From NCBI GenBank assembly GCA_041483895.1, contig JBGPGO010000020.1, positions 1-55,511 of the forward strand: a DNA stretch of 55,511 nt. The letters are read 5' to 3'. The notes beneath the pieces are model-generated. The model saw nothing but the letters and a program-made list of their open reading frames with translations, ran no database searches and was not told the DNA's origin. A program made the position numbers and the translations under genes. Numbering within the stretch: position 1 is the stretch's first letter; each line of letters begins with the position of its first letter. This document shows positions 39,332-49,237 of this stretch, piece after piece. Source of the stretch: Fimbriimonadia bacterium (GTDB lineage: Bacteria; Armatimonadota; Fimbriimonadia; Fimbriimonadales; JABRVX01).

Positions 39332-40422
39332 TGCACCCGTCCCTCAACCATCCAACAGTCATCAAACCACTTTATGCTCACGTTTTCCAGCTTCATCGCA
39401 TCGGCAATGGTTGCGGCTCCGTCGGCTTCCACGGCAGACACTGCCTCCTTGCCGCCGATTAGAATGGGAGCAAAGAAGAAGCACGCCGAATCTACCAGCT
39501 TGGCATCGACGAAGGAGCCAATGATGGCGCCGCCACCCTCGACCAGCACCCCGGTAACACCCTGCTCCGCCAGGTCGGCGAGGACAGCGCTTATGTCCAC
39601 CCTTTCCTTGTCGCCGGCCAATTGGGCCACGCGAACTCCTTTGTCTTCAAAGCGTCGGACCGCGTCCTCCTTTGGCTGCACGCAATAGATAATTGTCGAT
39701 GCGTCACCGTTGTATATTTTCGATTTCGGATCGGACAAGAGATGAGTATCGAGCACCACCCGGATCGGCTGATTGTGAACACCTGGTATCCGTGCCGTCA
39801 GTAGAGGGTCATCGGCCGCGACCGTGCCTCGGCCAACCAGCACCGCCCCATGCTCGGCGCGCAAGCGATGGGCCTCTTCCCGCGCGCGCTCATTCGCGAT
39901 CCATTTCGAATCCCCAGCGCGCGTCGCGATCTTGCCATCCATCGACAGCGCGGCCTTGATCGTAACCCATGGCCGCCCCGTCCGATGAAATTTGAGAAAG
40001 TGCGGATTTATCTGCTCGGCCTCTCCACGCAAAAGGCCGACACTCACCTTGATCCCCGCCTCCTTCATTCGCCGAATGCCACTCCCATTGATGTGGGGAT
40101 TCGGGTCCTGCATCGCAACAACCACGCGGCTGACACCTGCCTTCACAAACGCATCTGCGCACGGCGGCGTCCGGCCCCGGTGGCTGCACGGCTCCAGGGT
40201 CACGTATGCCGTTGCGCCGCGCGCCGCATCGCCCGCCTGGTCCAATGCCACCGCTTCGGCATGTGGTCCAGTTGCATACTCATGAAATCCCTGGCCGACA
40301 ACTTGGCCCCCCTTGACCAAAACGCAGCCGACGTGCGGGTTCGGCGTCGGATAGCCGCGAAGGGCCAGTTCCAGCGCCTGCCGCATAGTGCCAAGATCGG
40401 CATCACTCCAGGGGCTTGCCAT
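39316..40422 (-). CDS. ribD: Bifunctional deaminase/reductase RibD
   Basis: HAE, TLEPCSH...PPC, SMDGKIA, VEGGG. Confidence 0.96.
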   Translation of the reverse strand: MASPWSDADLGTMRQALELALRGYPTPNPHVGCVLVKGGQVVGQGFHEYATGPHAEAVALDQAGDAARGATAYVTLEPCSHRGRTPPCADAFVKAGVSRVVVAMQDPNPHINGSGIRRMKEAGIKVSVGLLRGEAEQINPHFLKFHRTGRPWVTIKAALSMDGKIATRAGDSKWIANERAREEAHRLRAEHGAVLVGRGTVAADDPLLTARIPGVHNQPIRVVLDTHLLSDPKSKIYNGDASTIIYCVQPKEDAVRRFEDKGVRVAQLAGDKERVDISAVLADLAEQGVTGVLVEGGGAIIGSFVDAKLVDSACFFFAPILIGGKEAVSAVEADGAATIADAMKLENVSIKWFDDCWMVEGRVQCLPD

Positions 40423-40726
40423 TCGTCTTCTCTTGTTTCTTGTCGGAAAGAAGTCCCGTTAGCAAGTCTTCCACCGCCCCGCGCCGCTCATTTCGATAGC
40501 TGTCCATAACGGATTTCAACTCCCGCGCGCCGATGATGGCGATCGCTCCCAAGTCCAAGACGAGGCCGAGCAGATAGAGTACGGTCCATTTGAGGTGTTG
40601 CGCCTTCTCCAGATTCGATGCGTCGGCATGAGGCGCCGGAAGGACAAACGGAAAGGCCGCCAAGAGGCCGAGCGCCACCACTCCGAGAACCAAAACCCAT
40701 GTCCTTCGGCGTTGCGAGGGGGTCAG
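40403..40726 (-). CDS. Small two-TM membrane protein (possible CTG start)
   Basis: Two hydrophobic helices; fills the rpe-ribD gap. Confidence 0.6.
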   Translation of the reverse strand: MTPSQRRRTWVLVLGVVALGLLAAFPFVLPAPHADASNLEKAQHLKWTVLYLLGLVLDLGAIAIIGARELKSVMDSYRNERRGAVEDLLTGLLSDKKQEKTNGKPLE

Positions 40727-41391
40727 ACGAGCGCCCCTTCCGCCGCCTTTCGCAAATCGCGGATGGCATCGGCCACATTCGGGCTGCCGAATATCGCGGA
40801 CCCCGCGACAAAAATGGTGGCGCCCGCGCGGGCGGCGATCGGAGCGGTCGCCAGGTCGATCCCGCCATCCACCTGTACGCGGCATTGGGGGTTGACGGCC
40901 GCCACCATGCTGGCCGCCTCTTCGATTTTTTCCGTCATCGCCTCGATATAGGCCTGCCCGCCGAAACCGGGGGAGACGGTCATGATGAGCAGGTGGAACA
41001 GATCAGGCAACACGTGGCGCACCATCTCCACCGGTGTATGCGGGTTGAGCGCGACGCTCGCGGTCGCGCCCAAGCCAAGAATCTGTTGAACGGTGCGATG
41101 GATGTCCGGGCACGCCTCCGCATGGATCGTCAGGTTGTTCGCTCCCGCCGCGACAAAATCGTGGATCAGGTCCCAGGGCCGCTCGATCATCAGGTGGACA
41201 TCGAACGGGAGGCGGCTGCGATTCCGCACGGCCTTGACCAGTGGCGGACCGAAGGTGAGATTGGGCACGAACTTGCCATCCATCACGTCGAAGTGAATCA
41301 AATCCGCGCCGCCGCGATCGGCGATCTCCACCGCTTCGCCCAGACGGCCAAAGTCGGCGGCCAGTATTGATGGTGCGATTTGGACGCTCAT
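40723..41391 (-). CDS. rpe: Ribulose-phosphate 3-epimerase
   Basis: IAPSILAADF, HFDVMDG.FVPN, DVHLM, PGFGGQ, VDGG, VAGSA. Confidence 0.97.
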   Translation of the reverse strand: MSVQIAPSILAADFGRLGEAVEIADRGGADLIHFDVMDGKFVPNLTFGPPLVKAVRNRSRLPFDVHLMIERPWDLIHDFVAAGANNLTIHAEACPDIHRTVQQILGLGATASVALNPHTPVEMVRHVLPDLFHLLIMTVSPGFGGQAYIEAMTEKIEEAASMVAAVNPQCRVQVDGGIDLATAPIAARAGATIFVAGSAIFGSPNVADAIRDLRKAAEGALV

Positions 41392-43196
41392 TCGGTCGGC
41401 GCTAACCTCCTCCGAGAAATTCGTTTGCCGTCCACCAAGATCGAAACCGTCGCGCTGGTCCCGTACCCGCTTGCGGGCACTTCAAACTTGTCGCCGGGCC
41501 AATGGTAATCGTCATAAACGATTCGGGCCTCCCCCGCGTCTTTGAACTCTACCTCGACGTGAACCTGGTCACGCCGGCCCCTGCGCGGAACGCTCACGGG
41601 TATCGTCCATGTCCGCAGCTCGGTTTGATTCGGATCGGCATCCTGCGGCACCTCCGGCGACGTTCCGTTGCTGAGCACAAGCTGAATTCGCTGCGAGAGA
41701 TCGACCTCTACGCCCGGTTTCGGTTCTTGCCGGATGACGGAGCCGGCCGAAACCTCCTCATTGTACTCACGCGTAGCGACATCAACCTTTTTGAAGCCCT
41801 CTCGCTCCAACGCCTCCTTCGCCCGACTCTCCGTGAGGCCCCGCACATCCGGAACGGTGAACTGTTTCGGCCCCAAACTGACCGCGACCGCCACTGAGCT
41901 GCCCTCCCGGACCAGCGTCCCCGAACCCGGACTGGTCGTGAAAATGGTATCGGGCGGGTAGTTGTCGTTGATCACCTGCTGCGCGACCTTGAGCTTGAGT
42001 TTGCGCTCATTCAAAATATTTCGAGCCTCGGCTACGGTTTTGCCGATGAGAGGCGGCACCTTGAGCTCATTCGGCTTCGTGACGTTGAGAAACAGAAAGG
42101 CCGAACCTCCGAGGACGACGAGAATGAATAGCATCGTCAATGAAAGGTTGATGAGATTGAGCGTCTTTTGCCATCCCGAATCGGTTTCGGCGACCGGGGC
42201 CGGCTTGCGGGCCGGCTGCGGTCGACTCGGCTTTGGTTGTTGCGGCGTTGGCTTGGACGGCGGCGGAGCAACAACCGCGACAGGAGTTGCCTCCACTTTG
42301 AGCCGTGTCTCGACGGCGGGAGCCGTGACTGGCGGTGGCACACCGGACGGCTTGAGCGACCAATCCAGCGCCTTGCCGAACCGAAGGGAGTCGCGCATGG
42401 CCTTCAGGTCGAGCAGCATCTCCCCGGCATTCCTGTATCGGCCCGCCGGAGATCGCGCCGTGGCCTTGTCGACCAGCTCTTCCATCATCTTCGGGACGCC
42501 GGGATTGAGAGTCCGCATAGACGGGAGGGGCGCCGCGCCCGGATCAACGAGGCCCCGCGCAGCCCCCGTGGCGACAAGTGGCCGTTCCCCGGTCAGCATT
42601 TCGAACAGAATCACTCCGAGCGCGTAGACATCGGACTCAGGTGTGGGCCCACCCTCCGCCTCAGGAGCCTCGTACGGGGCGTGGGAGGCCGTCAGGGCGG
42701 CATAGACCTCTGTCTCAGCCAGGAACACGTCCCGCAGGCCGAAATCGGTGATCTTGACGCCACCGTCCACACCCACGATGATATCCGTCGGCTGCAGCGC
42801 GCCATGGGCTTTCCCAAGCCGGTGGGCGGGGTCCAGGGCCTGGGCGATGCCAATGGCAGTGTCCACGGCAACAGGTACGCTGAATGGGGCGGTTCGCCGA
42901 ATTCTCTCGGACAACGGCATGCCGGCGGCGAGCTCCGTGATGAGGAACAGATGGCCTTCGTGGTCATCAACGCCGAGGACGCTCGTCAACCCGGTTCCGG
43001 CCCAGTCGCGCGGGGCCTCCGCATACTCCTTCAGCGCCATTCGGATGGCCGGATTGGTGTTGAGGCTCGGCCGAAGGACCTTGATAACGACCGATCGGTT
43101 CTTGATCCGGTCGCGCGCCACGAAAGTCAAGAACGCGGCGCCCTCCCCCAATCTGCGTTCCAGCTCATACCGATACCGCAGCACCTGCCCGATCAA
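41388..43196 (-). CDS. PknB/PrkC-like kinase-fold membrane protein with two PASTA domains; degenerate catalytic loop
   Basis: VVIK, HGALQPTD, DFG, APE, SDVYALG; TM; VP.LIG and VPDVRG PASTA repeats. Confidence 0.88.
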   Translation of the reverse strand: MIGQVLRYRYELERRLGEGAAFLTFVARDRIKNRSVVIKVLRPSLNTNPAIRMALKEYAEAPRDWAGTGLTSVLGVDDHEGHLFLITELAAGMPLSERIRRTAPFSVPVAVDTAIGIAQALDPAHRLGKAHGALQPTDIIVGVDGGVKITDFGLRDVFLAETEVYAALTASHAPYEAPEAEGGPTPESDVYALGVILFEMLTGERPLVATGAARGLVDPGAAPLPSMRTLNPGVPKMMEELVDKATARSPAGRYRNAGEMLLDLKAMRDSLRFGKALDWSLKPSGVPPPVTAPAVETRLKVEATPVAVVAPPPSKPTPQQPKPSRPQPARKPAPVAETDSGWQKTLNLINLSLTMLFILVVLGGSAFLFLNVTKPNELKVPPLIGKTVAEARNILNERKLKLKVAQQVINDNYPPDTIFTTSPGSGTLVREGSSVAVAVSLGPKQFTVPDVRGLTESRAKEALEREGFKKVDVATREYNEEVSAGSVIRQEPKPGVEVDLSQRIQLVLSNGTSPEVPQDADPNQTELRTWTIPVSVPRRGRRDQVHVEVEFKDAGEARIVYDDYHWPGDKFEVPASGYGTSATVSILVDGKRISRRRLAPTE

Positions 43197-43399
43197 GGCT
43201 TTGACCTCGCAATCCAATACACCACGGAGGCCGCCAGCAGCAGCCAATAGAAGATCGTCAAAGCCGGCAGAGCCTGTTCATACCATGGCGCGGGATTCGG
43301 CGCCAGGCCAATCAGTTGAGACCCGAAATACCCGACGGCGAGCAGCGCGGTCCAGGCGATGCAATACACTCCCACCCATCGATCGCGGCGTTCGGTCAT
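43193..43399 (-). CDS. Small two-TM membrane protein
   Basis: 68 aa; 4-nt overlaps with both neighbours. Confidence 0.7.
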   Translation of the reverse strand: MTERRDRWVGVYCIAWTALLAVGYFGSQLIGLAPNPAPWYEQALPALTIFYWLLLAASVVYWIARSKP

Positions 43400-44493
43400 C
43401 GCATCTCCCGAAGGATGGCCGTGACCGCCGCCGGATCGACTCCCGGAACAAGCTCCACGCTGCCAATCTCTCTCGGCAGGACCAACGTCAACTTGCCGGC
43501 CACTACCTTCTTGTCCTTGTACATTCGGGTAACCAAATCGGCTGGGTCCAGATCGGCGGGAAGCCGCACGGGCAGAGAATAGCATCCCAGCGCGCCGGAG
43601 ATCTCCCGCGGCACGTGTTCGCCACAAAGGCCCAGTCGCTCGGCGATTTTCGCCTCCGCCACCATACCTATCGAGACTGCTTCGCCATGAAGCAGCCGCC
43701 GGTATCCGAGCGCGGATTCGATCGCATGTCCCACCGTATGGCCAAAATTCAGCTTCGCCCGCACACCGGTCAGATCCCGCTCATCTTCGGCGACGACATC
43801 GGCCTTCATCTGGCAGCATGCTTGCACGATCTCCGCAAGGACCTCCGGATTGCCACTGAGAACTTTGGCGCGAACGCCAATCGCGAAATCGAGAAACGGC
43901 GCGCGCATGATCATGCCGTATTTGAGCACTTCCGCCATTCCGTTTCGAATATGCCTTTTCGGCAAGGTATGCAGCGTCGCGGTGTCCGCTATCACGACCT
44001 TCGGCTGCAAGAACGCCCCCGCCAGATTCTTTCCCGCCGGTAGGTCAACGCCCACCTTTCCCCCGACCGATGCATCCACCTGCGCGAGCAGGGTCGTTGG
44101 GAGTTGAATCAGCATGATCCCGCGGTGATAGACGGCCGCGACGAATCCGGCCAAATCACCGACTACGCCGCCGCCAAACGCGATCACCACGCCGCCTCTG
44201 CCGAATCCGCCATCGGCAAGATTCTCAACGATCCGGCCCACATTTGAAAAGCTCTTGCTGCGCTCGCCGGGGGAGACCGAGATGAACTGGGCTTTCTGAC
44301 CGGCGAAAGAGAGGCGGGCGCCGTACCATTCCAAGAGCCGCGAATGCGTGACGACCACCGCCCCATCGGCGCCGCAATTCTGGATCGCCGATGGCAGCGC
44401 GCTCAACGAACCGGGCCCGATAAGTACGTCATAGCGGGCGCTTCCGGCCCGAACATTCACGACGGATTCGGTCAATGCTGCCCCCGCAACCAT
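43396..44493 (-). CDS. aroB: 3-dehydroquinate synthase
   Basis: GGGVVGDLAGF, PTTLLAQVDASVGGK, LNFGHT.GHA.E, HGEAV. Confidence 0.96.
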   Translation of the reverse strand: MVAGAALTESVVNVRAGSARYDVLIGPGSLSALPSAIQNCGADGAVVVTHSRLLEWYGARLSFAGQKAQFISVSPGERSKSFSNVGRIVENLADGGFGRGGVVIAFGGGVVGDLAGFVAAVYHRGIMLIQLPTTLLAQVDASVGGKVGVDLPAGKNLAGAFLQPKVVIADTATLHTLPKRHIRNGMAEVLKYGMIMRAPFLDFAIGVRAKVLSGNPEVLAEIVQACCQMKADVVAEDERDLTGVRAKLNFGHTVGHAIESALGYRRLLHGEAVSIGMVAEAKIAERLGLCGEHVPREISGALGCYSLPVRLPADLDPADLVTRMYKDKKVVAGKLTLVLPREIGSVELVPGVDPAAVTAILREMR

Positions 44494-44999
44494 TTTCGAT
44501 ACTGCTCCACTATCTGTTCAGAACTCTGTTTGGACGACAGAAGTGTCGTCGATACTCTATTATGGGCGATTCGGTAATGCGGTTCGCGTTCCGCCATAAG
44601 GCTCTCGATTCGTTCTCGTAATTCCCCGGTCCCGGCCAGCATCGGCCGCGCGGCCGGGTCCCCGATCCGCTCGAGAATCGCATCGGCGGAGGCGGTCAGC
44701 TCGACGATATAGCCGAGATTTTTGATAATCGGGACATTGAGCTCTTGGCAGGGAGCGCCGCCGCCAACCGAGATTACGGACTGCCTCACCTCTTGCAATT
44801 CTTCGAGGCATTTCGTTTCCAGCGATCGAAAGGCGGACTCGCCATCTTCTTGAAAGATGCTGGGAATCGGCTTTCCGGCTCTCTGTTCGATCATGTGGTC
44901 GACTTCGATGGGTTCAACGCCCAGCAAGCGGGAGGCCAAGCGGGCAATCGTGGTCTTGCCTGTTCCCATAAATCCGATGAGGACGAGATTGTTGGTCAT
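44472..44999 (-). CDS. aroK: Shikimate kinase
   Basis: LIGFMGTGKTT, GESAFR.LE, GGG, RP. Confidence 0.93.
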   Translation of the reverse strand: MTNNLVLIGFMGTGKTTIARLASRLLGVEPIEVDHMIEQRAGKPIPSIFQEDGESAFRSLETKCLEELQEVRQSVISVGGGAPCQELNVPIIKNLGYIVELTASADAILERIGDPAARPMLAGTGELRERIESLMAEREPHYRIAHNRVSTTLLSSKQSSEQIVEQYRKWLRGQH

Positions 45000-45062
45000 T
45001 TTAACGTGCGAACGGCAGGCGTCTTGTGACGCCTGCCGCATGCAAATCGGACGGGTGTGAGC

Positions 45063-46721
45063 CTACGGAGAACCGAGGCCTCCTCCGCGCGGACCTTCGT
45101 CTTCCGGAATCACCGTCGGCGTTACAAAAACGAGCAGCTCGCTTTCCTGTCTCTCATTCTTCCGGGATCGGAAGAACTGGCCGATGATCGGGAGGTCGCC
45201 AAGGATCGGGAAGCGGTTAGAGCTGATCGTATTGTTTTTTCGGGTCAATCCTCCGAGTACCATTGTTTCCCCATCGTGAATAATCCGGCTGACCGAGATC
45301 GACTGCGTCGAAATCTCTGGGAAGCGCGAACCGTCTGGGAACTGGCTGAACCCCGTGATATCCGAAATGGTCGGCGAAATCGTCAGCGTTATCGTATTGT
45401 CCCGATTGATACGAGGCGCGACGACGAGAAAGCTCTGTACCTGGAATGGCTGTGGTACGGTCGTGACCTGCAACTGTCCGCCGCCAAATCCGGTTGACTG
45501 CGTAACCGGGATGAAGAATGATTGCTGCTCTTGGATAATGCCCGGTTGATTGTTGAGCGTCGTAATCATCGGGGCGTTGACGATCTTGCCGTCGTTCTGT
45601 GTGAGGCTGGCCCGCAGGCGGCTGACTATGTTGCCGGAAGCGAAATTCACGAAGATCGGATCGTTGGTGACCGCGAAGGTGCCTGGAGTGTTGCCGGCGG
45701 AAAAGTTGACGCGGCTGTATGACCAATCGATGCCGAAGCTCTGAATTATGTTGGTGGTCGCGGTGATGAATTCAACCTTGATCATCACCTGCTGCGGCCG
45801 AACATCAAACATCTGTATGTATCGGCGAAGTTCCTCAATGGACTCCTCCGGCCCCTGCACCACGATGCTGTTGTCCGTTGGATCGTAGGTGACAAGGTCC
45901 ACATCGTCGGGGATCAAGGTGTTTGCCGGCAGCCCTCCCCCCTGACCTGGTTGTCCCCCAGGCCCACCCGGTGCTCCGCCAGGACGGCCGCCTTGCCCTG
46001 GGCGGACTCCCTGGCCGAGCATGGTCTCGATGCCCGTTCCCAGATCGCTGGTCGGGCCGGTGGATGGCATCCCGTTGTCCGGTGTGACCGGCTGCGCACC
46101 CCCAAGGATCTGATTGGAGATCGGCATGTTGCCATACAATATCTGGCTGATCGGCGTGTGATAAACCGTATTGTTCTTTTGCTGATAGCTCATCATCTGG
46201 TCGGTTGTGTAGTCGAAAGGATGGGAGACATCACCCGTCAGCCGTTCGATAATGTCCTCCGGATGAGCATGCTTGAGGAAGATCTTGACGACCTCATGAG
46301 GCGTGCCGGCCTGCTTCACTGGTGCGACGGGAGATGTGACCGTCTCTCTGACAGGTTCGGCAAATGTCCCCTTGGTCGGAGCGTCGCCCGTAGATATCTC
46401 CTCATCCTGGTGATGAATGATGAAAACCGGGCCCTCTTCCAACTGATAGACGGCGCCGGCAGACATACAGATGTACTTGACCGCCGTTTCTAACGGCTGA
46501 TCGTTCAGCAGTAGGTCGACCGGCTTGAACGGCTTATCCGTGGAGGCAAAGACAAATTGCGCGCCGGTCTGTGCCATGAGCGCCTGAACCGCGGCCTGAA
46601 GATCAGCGTGCTGCAGTTTTAGCGTGACCCTTTTTTGTAGGATCGGGTTGTCCCGTTGGGCCAACGCAGCCCCGTAGATGGCCAGGGCCAGCGCCAGACC
46701 AGCCAGATAACGCAAGTTCAT
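45063..46721 (-). CDS. Secretin (PilQ/GspD family)
   Basis: D...NSIVV.G, QVMI.VE, P.ITTLNNQ, DGETMVLGGL, PILGDLPIIG.FF, ELLVFVTP. Confidence 0.92.
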   Translation of the reverse strand: MNLRYLAGLALALAIYGAALAQRDNPILQKRVTLKLQHADLQAAVQALMAQTGAQFVFASTDKPFKPVDLLLNDQPLETAVKYICMSAGAVYQLEEGPVFIIHHQDEEISTGDAPTKGTFAEPVRETVTSPVAPVKQAGTPHEVVKIFLKHAHPEDIIERLTGDVSHPFDYTTDQMMSYQQKNNTVYHTPISQILYGNMPISNQILGGAQPVTPDNGMPSTGPTSDLGTGIETMLGQGVRPGQGGRPGGAPGGPGGQPGQGGGLPANTLIPDDVDLVTYDPTDNSIVVQGPEESIEELRRYIQMFDVRPQQVMIKVEFITATTNIIQSFGIDWSYSRVNFSAGNTPGTFAVTNDPIFVNFASGNIVSRLRASLTQNDGKIVNAPMITTLNNQPGIIQEQQSFFIPVTQSTGFGGGQLQVTTVPQPFQVQSFLVVAPRINRDNTITLTISPTISDITGFSQFPDGSRFPEISTQSISVSRIIHDGETMVLGGLTRKNNTISSNRFPILGDLPIIGQFFRSRKNERQESELLVFVTPTVIPEDEGPRGGGLGSP

Positions 46722-46759
46722 TGTCTTCCGTCCTCCTCCATGAGATTGCAGTATTCTAC

Positions 46760-47431
46760 CTATCGACCGCCGCCGCCCCGATATCCGCCACCGAAGCCAC
46801 CGCCGCCGCCGCCATAGCCGCCCCCACCGAATCCGCCGCCGCCGAAGCCGCCCTGGCCACCGCCGTAGCCGCCCTGGCCACCGTAGCCGCCCTGGCCGCC
46901 GCCGCCGTAGCCGCCTTGACCACCGCTGCTGCCGACGATAGCGGTTGTAATCTCAGGATAGGGAGGCGCGGTTCCCTGAAGCAGGTACAAAATGAAGTTC
47001 GGATCCGCGTGGTAAATCGGGATGCGCACCGCTCGGTTTTTGGCCGACTTGGTCACATCCTCGGCCCCTTTTCCCTCATCGACGGTAGGTACCACGGCCG
47101 TCGTCTCTTCGCGCGGGACGATATCGTACACGCCCCCGGAGACGCGATAGGTGGCCCGAACCTGCGACAAAACCGTTCGCAATGCTGTGGCAAAAGGCAC
47201 GTCCTTCAAGCGCACGGTCACCGTGCCCTGTACCGCCTGATCGATGCTGTAGTTTGCGCCGATCTGATCGAACAACAGCTTCAGCGCGTTGCGAACATCG
47301 GCCTGGTTCAATTCTATGGAAACCGGCTTATCGCTGGGATCGCCGGGCGCCTGAGCGAACGCCGGGGCCGCCAGCAGGCTCGCCAAAGCCACTAAAATCA
47401 CCGCAAAGCCAACCTTTGCACTATTCATCAT
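46760..47431 (-). CDS. Stand-alone secretin N-domain (STN/N0-like) protein with GGQGGY tail
   Basis: Signal peptide; VSIEL.QADVRNALKLL...NY.ID..VQGTVTVRLKDVPF..AL. Confidence 0.8.
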   Translation of the reverse strand: MMNSAKVGFAVILVALASLLAAPAFAQAPGDPSDKPVSIELNQADVRNALKLLFDQIGANYSIDQAVQGTVTVRLKDVPFATALRTVLSQVRATYRVSGGVYDIVPREETTAVVPTVDEGKGAEDVTKSAKNRAVRIPIYHADPNFILYLLQGTAPPYPEITTAIVGSSGGQGGYGGGGQGGYGGQGGYGGGQGGFGGGGFGGGGYGGGGGGFGGGYRGGGGR

Positions 47432-47488
47432 ACACACCTCCACTGAGAATACGTTCCATTCCTCTGTCCGTTACGGCCATATTGTATC

Positions 47489-48405
47489 CTACAATCCGCC
47501 ACGGCCACCACCACCGCCTCGCGGACCGCCGCCGCCGCCGAGCTTGCCGCCGGGACCGCCAGGACCACCTCGACCCTGAACGCCGGCGGGTCCACCGGTT
47601 CCGCCGGGACCGCCGGGACCCCCGCCCGCGTTCCCGCCACCCTGACCACCGCTCATATCCGCCAAGACGGTCGCCCTGGATTCCAGCTTCACCGTAACCG
47701 AATTCGGCCGGATCTTGCCTTCCCGAGTGAGGACCATCTTTTCGCCATCGATGGAGCGTACGGTCCATTCGCCGATCTTATCACCCGGTTTTACTACCTG
47801 GGTGTCGAATGCACCTTCGTTTTCCTGCTCGATAATGGCGGCAATCGCTTCTCCCCGAATGATGCCCGCCAGTCTACGATACGGCTGAACCTCGTACGGT
47901 TCCTGCTTGGGATGGACCGGTCTTGGCCTAGGCTGAACAATTACAGTATAGCCGCCAAGCGCGGAAAGCAGGCAACCTGGGCAACCCGCTTGTCCGAAGC
48001 GACCTCCACGGGAAGCAGCGCGAACGGATCCTTGCGAGAATTGGTTGCGACAACCCGCCGGACCGCCGTTTGCGCGGGACCGCCGAGCTCGGCTTCCGTC
48101 TTGCTCTGAACCTTCTGCCCGGCAACCGCCTTCGGCATCTCGACCGGCTCCTCAGCGCCATTTGCCTGCGCGCCCTGTGGCGGCGCGAATCCGGTGTTCG
48201 CTCCGGGGGGCTTCCCCGGTCCGCTGGGCGGAGTTCCCTTTCCAGGCATGAGGCCGCCATCACTTGGGCCGGTTGCAGTCGTATTTTCGCTGCCGCCGCC
48301 GCTGAAAAACATGACATAGGCGACCGCGGCCAAGATGAGGACGCCGAGTATGCCCGCTACCAAAACGATTTTCTTCTTGCCGTCGGCTGGATTATTGTTT
48401 GCCAT
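47489..48405 (-). pseudogene. PilP/PilW-position pilus assembly protein split by a frameshift
   Basis: Frame 1 TM...RKDPF ends at 47941; shifted frame from about 47971 reads LLSALGGY...YRRLAGII...VKPGDKIGEW.V.SI to 47489. Confidence 0.7.
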
Positions 48406-48434
48406 AGCTTATCTCTCCAACGATTAGTACGTAA

Positions 48435-49235
48435 TTATCGGCCTTGACTGCGCAGATTGCCTTTCAGCATTCTCCCGCCTCCTGGCGTTGCCGCTGGGCC
48501 GCCGGGGCCGCCCGGGCCGCCCGCGAAACCGCCGCCACTCTGATCTTGGCCTGAATCACCCAGCCAGTTGACCTGCTCCCCGTTGATCGAATCGCCTCTT
48601 GGGAACACCAAGACGGTGAGATCGTAGGTTCCCACCAGGTTCGGAGAGGTCCCGCTTAACTTAAGACCGTCTGCGAGGGCGATGTAGTTCGGAAATTTGT
48701 TCCAAGATTCGAAATGTTTCAGGATTTTATCGAACGTGCCGCGCACTTCGATACCCTTGAATGGATAGACCGCGCATGGGTAGCTCAGGCCTTTCCCGAA
48801 GTGAAACACGTCGCTGATCAGAATATTCGGGTTGTCCGTCGTAGGTGGAACACCGGGACCCTTCTGGATTGTCACGCCTGTCTTCCGAATGTGATTCGTG
48901 ACATCGAGCGTCAGCTTTGTAATAAATGTTTGATACTGGGTCGAAATCTTCCACCGATTCTGGGCCAAGTTGATGGTGCTGGTCGGCGGGGACTTTCGAA
49001 TGATATAGTCCGCCCACCCGCGCGTCACGAGGGCCTGCTCATCCTTCGCGTCTTGCACGCGCTTTTCCGCCATCGGCATCTTGGCAACGACACCCTGCAG
49101 GTCGGCGTTGTGCTTTTGCTGAATCGCGAGCGCCTGCGAATTCGGTTGGATCGACAGGAAGTAGAACCCGGTTCCGATCAGAATACAGGCAACAATTCCG
49201 CCCGCCACGATTTGCGCAAGGGTCATTCGTTTCAT
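48435..49235 (-). CDS. PilO-like pilus assembly protein
   Basis: TM, coiled coil, V.GTF..I..F; operon position. Confidence 0.7.
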   Translation of the reverse strand: MKRMTLAQIVAGGIVACILIGTGFYFLSIQPNSQALAIQQKHNADLQGVVAKMPMAEKRVQDAKDEQALVTRGWADYIIRKSPPTSTINLAQNRWKISTQYQTFITKLTLDVTNHIRKTGVTIQKGPGVPPTTDNPNILISDVFHFGKGLSYPCAVYPFKGIEVRGTFDKILKHFESWNKFPNYIALADGLKLSGTSPNLVGTYDLTVLVFPRGDSINGEQVNWLGDSGQDQSGGGFAGGPGGPGGPAATPGGGRMLKGNLRSQGR

Positions 49236-49237
49236 GC

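Noticed and set aside
40423..40722. FMN riboswitch before ribD
   Set aside because: Region is occupied by an overlapping membrane ORF; no RFN motifs seen
46760..46930. DNA tandem repeat as a non-coding element
   Set aside because: Explained by Gly-rich codons of the secretin N-domain protein
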